Origin: Thermodesulfobacteriales bacterium
GTDB taxonomy: Bacteria > Desulfobacterota > Thermodesulfobacteria > Thermodesulfobacteriales > Thermodesulfatatoraceae
NCBI GenBank assembly: GCA_026988575.1
Contig: JALSKZ010000034.1
Span: forward strand, 27,067-59,066
Length of the DNA: 32,000 nt
Reading direction: 5' to 3'
Positions 26,408 through 32,000 of the stretch are shown in pieces; position 1 is the stretch's first letter; each line of letters opens with the position of its first letter. Below the pieces are notes generated by a model. It was not told the origin of the DNA. It did not search any database and saw only the letters and a list, made by a program, of their open reading frames with translations. The position numbers and the translations under genes were made by a program.

Positions 26408-26971
26408 ATGGCTTATTCTACTACTGATTTTCGCCGGGGTCTCAAGATTGAGTGGGACGGTAAACCTTACGAAGTCCTTGAATATCAACATTCAAAAGTG
26501 GCCAAAGGGCAGGCCACCGTGCGTACACGCTTACGGGATTTGATTACCGGGCGGGTAATAGAAGTAAATTTCCGTTCTGGAGAAAAATTCGAAAGACCCG
26601 ATTTGGAAGAGAAGGAAATGCAGTATTTGTATGCGGAAGGTGATCGTTATGTCTTTATGGATATGGAAGATTACGACCAAGTCTATTTAGACAAAGACCA
26701 GTTGGGAGAGGCCTGGAAGTATCTTCAAGAAAATATCACGGTAAAGGTGCTTTACTATAAAGGGCGTCCTATTGGGGTAGATTTACCCATTACGGTGGCC
26801 TTAAAAGTAGTGGAAACCGAGCCCGGAGTTCGGGGAGATACGGTTTCGGGGGGTTCCAAACCGGCCAAACTCGAGACCGGTGCCGTAATCAAAGTGCCCC
26901 TTTTTATTAACGAGGGTGACGTAATAAAAGTTGACACCCGCACAGGTTCTTATGTGGAAAGGGCGGAATGA
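26408..26971 (+). CDS. efp: Elongation factor P
   Basis: 187 aa. STTDFRRGLKIEWDGKPYEVLEYQH...KGQATVRTRLRDL and the C-terminal domains are canonical EF-P. GGAGG lies upstream. Confidence 0.95.
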   Translation: MAYSTTDFRRGLKIEWDGKPYEVLEYQHSKVAKGQATVRTRLRDLITGRVIEVNFRSGEKFERPDLEEKEMQYLYAEGDRYVFMDMEDYDQVYLDKDQLGEAWKYLQENITVKVLYYKGRPIGVDLPITVALKVVETEPGVRGDTVSGGSKPAKLETGAVIKVPLFINEGDVIKVDTRTGSYVERAE

Positions 26972-27171
26972 TGTTGACGCTAAAGAAACTCCAGCAGTTT
27001 AAAGAATATATCGAAAGTGGGGCCTTTTTTGAGGATTTTGACCAACGTCCGGCGGATGGACAGGCCGAAATGCTTGATATGCTGGAAGTGCTTTTTGAGA
27101 CCTGTGAGATAGCTGATCAAAAGCTTTCCGAACATTTTTACCGGCGTTGGCAGGGTGGGGGCGAGGAGTAA
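26968..27171 (+). CDS. Hypothetical small acidic protein (67 aa), translationally coupled to efp
   Basis: The ATGATG start overlaps the efp TGA (26969..26971). I recognise no family. Supported only by ORF integrity and coupling at both ends. Confidence 0.45.
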   Translation: MMLTLKKLQQFKEYIESGAFFEDFDQRPADGQAEMLDMLEVLFETCEIADQKLSEHFYRRWQGGGEE

Positions 27172-27584
27172 TGCCTTATTTTATACGGGCCAAGACCTAC
27201 TACCGCTATGCCGAGCAACAGCTAAGGGCAGCAGAAGATGCCTTGGACCAGGGAGATCTTGCAGGGGCGTGTCAAAGGGCCAAGGAGGCCGTGGAGAAGG
27301 CCCTGAGGGCCTTGTGGAGTATAGTGGAATTTGAGGCCCCTGAACAAAAACCTTCGGTAGAAGAGATCCTTTCTCAAATTGAGCGCGCTGTAGAACCTAC
27401 TATGGCCCGTGAATTGCGCCGAGCGTGGCGAAAAATCGAGGACCTATCTTCTAAGGGGTTAGATCAAGACAAAGTCAAAGAAGTGATAGCTCAGGCCCGT
27501 TTTGTGGTAAGAAATACCCGCGAGATATTAGAACCCTTGATAGGTCCGCCTGAGTCGCCGAAGAAAAGGCCCTTTTTACTCTGA
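27171..27584 (+). CDS. HEPN-like all-helical protein lacking the Rx4-6H motif
   Basis: The ATG at 27171 overlaps the upstream stop (TAATG). AEQQLRAAEDALDQGDLAGACQRAKEAVEKALRAL fits the first helices of the HEPN/PaREP1 pattern. The 137-aa protein contains no histidine. Confidence 0.45.
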   Translation: MPYFIRAKTYYRYAEQQLRAAEDALDQGDLAGACQRAKEAVEKALRALWSIVEFEAPEQKPSVEEILSQIERAVEPTMARELRRAWRKIEDLSSKGLDQDKVKEVIAQARFVVRNTREILEPLIGPPESPKKRPFLL

Positions 27585-28250
27585 TCAACCCTTTGAAGGA
27601 CACAGATGGGCCACTACACAGTGTTTACATTGGGGGTTTCGTGAACGGCATATTTTGCGTCCGTGGGCCTGAAATACATAAGGCACAGTAGCCCAATCTT
27701 CTCGAGGTAATAGGGCCATAAGGTCCTGTTCGATCTTGTTAGGGTCTTTTTCTTTGGTAAAACCTAGGCGTTGGGCAAGCCTTCGCACGTGGGTGTCTAC
27801 AGGGATCCCCTCAACGATGCCGTAAGCATTAGCCAAGACAATATTGGCTGTTTTCCGGGCGACCCCAGGTAGGCAGAGTAAGTCATCCATATTCCGGGGT
27901 ACTTCTCCGTTGAAACGTTCTTGAATTATCTTGGCGGCCTCTTTTATATAGCGGGCCTTTTGTTGATAAAAACCCGTAGGTTTGATGTCTTCGGCCAGTT
28001 CTTCTAGATCGGCCTCGGCATAGTCTTGGGGGGTTTTATATTTTTGAAAGAGTTTAGATGTTACTTGATTGACACGTTCGTCTGTGCACTGGGCAGAAAG
28101 GATAGTGGCTACTAAAAGTTCCAAGGGGTTAGAAAAATTTAGGGCAATGCGGGCCTTAGGATAGGTCTCTTTGAGGATACAGGTAATTTCTAGTAACCGC
28201 TTTTTCTCGTTTGCAGAGACTTCTGGGGGGTGATATATCTTTCGGGCCAC
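27585..28250 (-). CDS. nth: Endonuclease III
   Basis: HhH-GPD motif (LLCLPGVARKTANIVL), catalytic region VDTHVRR and a C-terminal 4Fe-4S loop CRSRNPQCKHCVVAHLC. GTG start with GGAGG upstream. Confidence 0.92.
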   Translation of the reverse strand: MARKIYHPPEVSANEKKRLLEITCILKETYPKARIALNFSNPLELLVATILSAQCTDERVNQVTSKLFQKYKTPQDYAEADLEELAEDIKPTGFYQQKARYIKEAAKIIQERFNGEVPRNMDDLLCLPGVARKTANIVLANAYGIVEGIPVDTHVRRLAQRLGFTKEKDPNKIEQDLMALLPREDWATVPYVFQAHGRKICRSRNPQCKHCVVAHLCPSKG

Positions 28251-28259
28251 GCTTGCCTC

Positions 28260-28940
28260 CTACAAAAACTCACGGGTACCCTGTTGAATAATTTGGACCA
28301 AATGTTCCACCATTTCCTGAGAATCTAAGGTTTCCGACGACCAACTTTTCAGAGGGGCCAAGGCCTCGGGAAAGGAACGTTCCGCCACAGGCAAGGCCTT
28401 ATCTTTAACCAGCCGGCTACAAAGGGTAGGCCTTAGTTCTTCGGCCAAGGTAAAAAACAGCATCAAACGCCTAAAGATATTACGGTCGTAAGAATCAAGT
28501 TCTTTTCCCACCTCAAGACAGTCTTTTCCCGCTAAAGTTAAGTGTTTAAGCCTTTCCAGCAGAGGAATGCGTATTTGAGACTGGACCATTTCATCTAAGC
28601 GGGTGTATTCCCAGGCTATCTCTGTATATTCGTGAAAAGAAAAGTCTTTAAGGAGCAAGCTTTCCCGAAACCATTCGGAAAACTTGGTCTTTAAATAGTC
28701 TACCAGGGTCAAAAAATCTAATTGGGCCCGTTGGAATTTTAATTCTTCAATATTTAGGCCGCTTAGGTGTGCTATTTGTCCTAGGTTAAATGTGCCAGTA
28801 TAAATATGTAGGAGGGCCGCCAAATAGTGATAATTGGGAAAGATAATGCGTTTGCCCATAATGGTGGCTCTGGGTGGGCGATGGTGATAGCGGTCTAAGG
28901 CTTCTATAACCCATTTGGCCCCTAGGAACATTTTAGACAT
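28260..28940 (-). CDS. Hypothetical helical protein (226 aa) immediately upstream of nth
   Basis: Long intact ORF ending 9 nt before nth. No recognised family. The segment FNLGQIAHLSGLNIEELKFQR looks HTH-like. The start is uncertain (ATG 28940, 28931 or 28859), and none has a clear SD. Confidence 0.5.
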   Translation of the reverse strand: MSKMFLGAKWVIEALDRYHHRPPRATIMGKRIIFPNYHYLAALLHIYTGTFNLGQIAHLSGLNIEELKFQRAQLDFLTLVDYLKTKFSEWFRESLLLKDFSFHEYTEIAWEYTRLDEMVQSQIRIPLLERLKHLTLAGKDCLEVGKELDSYDRNIFRRLMLFFTLAEELRPTLCSRLVKDKALPVAERSFPEALAPLKSWSSETLDSQEMVEHLVQIIQQGTREFL

Positions 28941-30177
28941 GAGACAAAAATATCATACCTTTGATTCTAGCCCAAGGGTCGCCAAGGCAAAACTATTATT
29001 GGTAGCCCTGCTTTATTTTGCCGAAGGCCTTCCTTTTGGTTTTTTATACGTGACCCTGCCGGTATACTTGCGCTTTTCCGGGATAGATTTGGTTTCCATT
29101 GGGTTGTTGTCTTTGACAGGGTTGGCCTGGAGCCTTAAGCCTTTGTGGGCCCCTTTATTGGATCGTTACGGTTCTAAACCCCAATGGGTTACCATGTCTT
29201 TATTAACTTTGGCCCTTTTATCCCTTCTTCTGGGACAAGTATCTCCCGCTGGAGGGCCTTATCTGGCTCTGGTCTTTGGGCTTGCCTTTACGTCGGCCAC
29301 CTTAGACATTGCGGTGGATGGTTATACCATTGAAATCCTTGAACCTCACGAAGTGGGGGTGGGAAACGGTGTAAGGGTGTCTGCCTACAGGGTGGCCTTA
29401 ATAGTAGCTGGTGGGGCCTTGGTGGCCCTTAGTCAGGTGTGGGGCTTCCACGCTATCTTTGTGTTGATTGCGGGGGCCTTTATTACCCTGAATATCGTTT
29501 TGTTCTTTTGGCCCAAACCCTTGGTCAAGCCGGTCAAACAGGACTCCCTAAGCTTGGTCAAGCAATATCTGTTGCCTCTAAAAGATCTTTTAGGGCGGCC
29601 CTACATATGGGCGGTAGTGCCTTTTGTTTTGCTCTTCAAGGTGGGGGACGCCATGATGGGCTCCATGATTTACCCCTTTTGGGTAGATAAAGGCTTTAGT
29701 CGGGCCGAAATAGGGCTTATTTCAGGGACCTTGGGCACCATGGCCAGCATAGGCGGGGCCCTTCTTGGGGGGTGGGTTACAGATTTGATGGGTCTGGGCC
29801 GGGCCCTTTGGTCTCTTGGGGCTACCCAGGCTTTGTCAAATCTAGGTTATGCCTATGCAGCCTTACCTAATAGTCCACGTCTTTCGGTATACGGGGCCTC
29901 ATTAATCGAGAGCTTTACCGGTGGTTTAGGAACAGCGGCCTTTTTGGCCTTTCTCATGCGCCTTTGTCGACGTGATCTCAGTGCCAGTCAATACGCCTTA
30001 CTGGCCACCCTTTTTAGTTTGAGTCGTTCTGTGGCTGGTGCGTTGGGGGGTTGGGGAGCGGCCCACTTTGGTTATGCTGCGTTTTTCTTCTACACTTTTA
30101 TTGCTTCTCTTCCGGCCTTTGGGCTCATTCCTTACGTCCTAAAGGCTTTGGCCTTATGGGAAGAAAAAAGGCCGTAA
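28939..30177 (+). CDS. ampG: MFS transporter, AmpG (muropeptide permease)-like
   Basis: FAEGLPFGFLYVTLPVYLRFSGIDLVSIGLLSLTGLAWSLKPLWAPLLDRYG parallels the AmpG N-terminal signature (G.P..L...TL..W....G.dl..IG.fsL......KFLW.PL.DRY). About 12 TM segments. Confidence 0.75.
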   Translation: MRQKYHTFDSSPRVAKAKLLLVALLYFAEGLPFGFLYVTLPVYLRFSGIDLVSIGLLSLTGLAWSLKPLWAPLLDRYGSKPQWVTMSLLTLALLSLLLGQVSPAGGPYLALVFGLAFTSATLDIAVDGYTIEILEPHEVGVGNGVRVSAYRVALIVAGGALVALSQVWGFHAIFVLIAGAFITLNIVLFFWPKPLVKPVKQDSLSLVKQYLLPLKDLLGRPYIWAVVPFVLLFKVGDAMMGSMIYPFWVDKGFSRAEIGLISGTLGTMASIGGALLGGWVTDLMGLGRALWSLGATQALSNLGYAYAALPNSPRLSVYGASLIESFTGGLGTAAFLAFLMRLCRRDLSASQYALLATLFSLSRSVAGALGGWGAAHFGYAAFFFYTFIASLPAFGLIPYVLKALALWEEKRP

Positions 30178-30195
30178 TATTTTGGGTCTTTAACG

Positions 30196-30225
30196 TTGCC
30201 TTATGTCCTACTCTAGTGTTAAATA
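30196..30225 (+). promoter_or_regulatory. Putative rpsB-tsf-pyrH promoter (TTGCCT-N18-TAAATA with TGT extended -10)
   Basis: Contains the same AGTGTTAAATA 11-mer as the rpoD promoter candidate. It would leave a leader of about 100 nt. Confidence 0.45.
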
Positions 30226-30330
30226 GCGCGCAAATACACACGCCCATTTTCTATGGGTGGTAGGGTGTCCTTATGTTTAAGGATAGCCACCTATAGGGGC
30301 GGAGGAAAAACCCAAAGGAGGTCGCAAGTT

Positions 30331-31179
30331 ATGGGCAGACTCACTATGAAACAACTCTTGGAAGCTGGTGTCCATTTTGGACATCAGACGCGTAGGTGGA
30401 ACCCCAAAATGAAACCTTTTATTTTTGGGGAACGTAACGGCATCCACATCATTGATCTTCAGCAGACCGTAAAGCTCTTCGATGTGGCCTACGACTTTAT
30501 TGTGGATACCGTGGCCAACGGAGGAAAAGTACTCTTTGTAGGTACCAAACGGCAGGCTCAGGACACCATTGTCGAAGAAGCTAGACGCTGCGGCATGTAT
30601 TTTGTGAATCACCGCTGGCTTGGAGGTACACTTACCAATTTTCGTACCATTCGCCAAAGTATTGATAAGCTCAAAAAATTGGAAGAATGGTTTGAGGACG
30701 GCACCATTGAGCGTTTTCCCAAAAAAGAGCGCTTAAAGCTGGAGCGCCTGCGTCAAAAATTAGAACGTAACTTGGGAGGTATAAAAGATATGGAAGACCT
30801 CCCGCAGGCTATTTATATAGTAGATCCCAAAAAAGAACATATTGCGGTGCTTGAGGCTCGTAAATTGGGTATCCCTATCGTAGCTATAGTGGATACCAAT
30901 TGTGATCCAGACCTTATTGACTACATTATCCCAGGGAATGACGATGCTATAAGGGCCATAAAGTTGCTTACCAGTAAGATTGCTGATGCCTGTTTAGAAG
31001 GAAAGGCCCTTTGGGAAGAAAAGCTCCAGGCAGAAACGGACAAGGCCGTTGAAGAGGAGATGATCGAAGCGGCTCAAGAGGCCGAACAGGCTTCCGAAGG
31101 AGTAGAGGAAGAGACTTTGGCCTCCGAAGCTACGGAGGAAAAAGACGCAGAAATTCAGGCTGAAGAGGCCCAGGCTTAA
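30331..31179 (+). CDS. rpsB: 30S ribosomal protein S2 (with an acidic C-terminal extension of about 45 aa)
   Basis: [38 protein letters not shown] is canonical S2. ATG 30331 has GGAGG 9 nt upstream. The track's upstream extension from 30253 is unsupported. Confidence 0.95.
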   Translation: MGRLTMKQLLEAGVHFGHQTRRWNPKMKPFIFGERNGIHIIDLQQTVKLFDVAYDFIVDTVANGGKVLFVGTKRQAQDTIVEEARRCGMYFVNHRWLGGTLTNFRTIRQSIDKLKKLEEWFEDGTIERFPKKERLKLERLRQKLERNLGGIKDMEDLPQAIYIVDPKKEHIAVLEARKLGIPIVAIVDTNCDPDLIDYIIPGNDDAIRAIKLLTSKIADACLEGKALWEEKLQAETDKAVEEEMIEAAQEAEQASEGVEEETLASEATEEKDAEIQAEEAQA

Positions 31180-31211
31180 AATAAAGCACTTTAGGGTTAT
31201 AGGAGGTAGTT

Positions 31212-31814
31212 ATGGCTGAAATTACCATGGAGATGATCAAAAAGCTGCGTGAGCGGACGGCAGCTGGTTTTATGGATTGTAAAAAGGCCTTACAGGAGGC
31301 CGGTGGAGACATGGAAAAGGCCGTAGATCTCCTTCGTCAGAAGGGTCTGGCCATTGCCGCCAAGAGGGCTGGTAAGGCTACCACCGAGGGAGTAATTGCC
31401 TGTTATATCCATGCCAATAATAAGTTAGGGGCTATGGTAGAGGTCAATTGCGAGACCGATTTTGTGGCCCGTACCGAAGAGTTTCAGAAATTTGCCCACG
31501 ATATAGCCATGCATATTGTGGCGGCCAATCCGATTTGTGTCACTAGAGAAGACGTGCCCGAAGAGGTACTGGCCAAAGAAAAAGAGATTTATGCGGCTCA
31601 GGCCCGGGAGAGTGGCAAGCCGGAACACATTATCGAGAAGATAGTAGAAGGTAAGCTGGAGAAGTTTTATAAAGAGGCGGTCTTAATGGAGCAACCCTTT
31701 GTAAAGAACCCCGATTTGACTATTCAGGATCTATTAAACGAATTGATGTCTAAGACCGGCGAGCGTATCCAGATACGTCGCTTTGTACGATATCAGGTGG
31801 GAGAGGAGCTGTAG
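31212..31814 (+). CDS. tsf: Elongation factor Ts (short form)
   Basis: ITMEMIKKLRERTAAGFMDCKKALQEAGGDMEKAVDLLRQKG is the canonical EF-Ts UBA-like N-terminus. Conserved rpsB-tsf-pyrH synteny. Confidence 0.95.
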   Translation: MAEITMEMIKKLRERTAAGFMDCKKALQEAGGDMEKAVDLLRQKGLAIAAKRAGKATTEGVIACYIHANNKLGAMVEVNCETDFVARTEEFQKFAHDIAMHIVAANPICVTREDVPEEVLAKEKEIYAAQARESGKPEHIIEKIVEGKLEKFYKEAVLMEQPFVKNPDLTIQDLLNELMSKTGERIQIRRFVRYQVGEEL

Positions 31815-32000
31815 ATGCAGGAAGAGCCCCGCTACCGACGCATATTATTAAAATTGAGTGGTGAGGCCCTAATGGGTACAGCCTCCTTTGGTATTAACCC
31901 AGAGATAATGTTTGCCCTGGCCAAGGAGATAGGGCGGGTTCATGAGCTTGGGGTTCAAATAGGCATTGTTATTGGAGGAGGAAATATCTTTCGTGGGGTA
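31815..32000 (+). CDS. pyrH: UMP kinase, 5' part (runs off the window)
   Basis: Not in the track (open at the edge). The ATG at 31815 directly follows the tsf TAG. The translation [61 protein letters not shown] is canonical PyrH. Confidence 0.9.
   Translation, partial: MQEEPRYRRILLKLSGEALMGTASFGINPEIMFALAKEIGRVHELGVQIGIVIGGGNIFRGV

Noticed and set aside
30253-30330. Upstream extension of the rpsB ORF ([26 protein letters not shown])
   Set aside because: The extension covers the SD (AAAGGAGG) that serves ATG 30331, and it has no similarity to S2 N-termini.
1-32000. CRISPR arrays, IS elements, rRNA genes, prophage or known defence gene clusters
   Set aside because: By eye I found no spaced direct-repeat array, no transposase- or integrase-like ORF, and no rRNA-like stretch. 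Every gap over 100 nt is accounted for as a promoter or leader region.

Overview
Dense (about 90% coding), mostly housekeeping chromosomal segment from a bacterium. Reverse gyrase, a tungsten-type aldehyde:ferredoxin oxidoreductase (AOR) and a selenocysteine-encoding selD suggest a thermophilic anaerobe. I cannot assign a taxon from sequence alone.

Gene order, left to right:
- Minus-strand four-gene operon: small USP-like protein, TauE/SafE permease, bitopic membrane protein, and a PEP-synthase-like dikinase that runs off the left edge and is missing from the ORF track.
- fetA/fetB-like ABC exporter, comEC, archease, creatininase-family protein, TlpA-like redoxin.
- selD. The track truncates it at an in-frame UGA. 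The true gene is 10573..11613.
- Hybrid PAS histidine kinase, FmdB zinc-ribbon protein, reverse gyrase.
- ANTAR response regulator sitting 20 nt downstream of tRNA-Gln(CUG).
- Small secreted repeat protein.
- Overlapping chain recA, heptose-7-P kinase, polyferredoxin, AOR.
- Degenerate KptA/Tpt1-like protein, rpoD, ftsB-like gene.
- efp with two translationally coupled small ORFs.
- nth with an unknown upstream partner, ampG-like MFS transporter, rpsB, tsf, and the 5' end of pyrH.

I saw no CRISPR array, IS element, integrase, prophage or recognisable defence island.

The best candidates for something under-described are:
1. The TauE / bitopic protein / atypical dikinase operon.
2. The catalytically degenerate KptA-like protein with a polybasic tail upstream of recA.
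3. The efp-coupled acidic ORF plus histidine-free HEPN-like pair.
4. The small secreted RDRLLL-repeat protein.
5. A near-perfect 19-nt direct repeat in the divergent region upstream of fetAB.

All family assignments come from motif recognition by eye, not from database searches.
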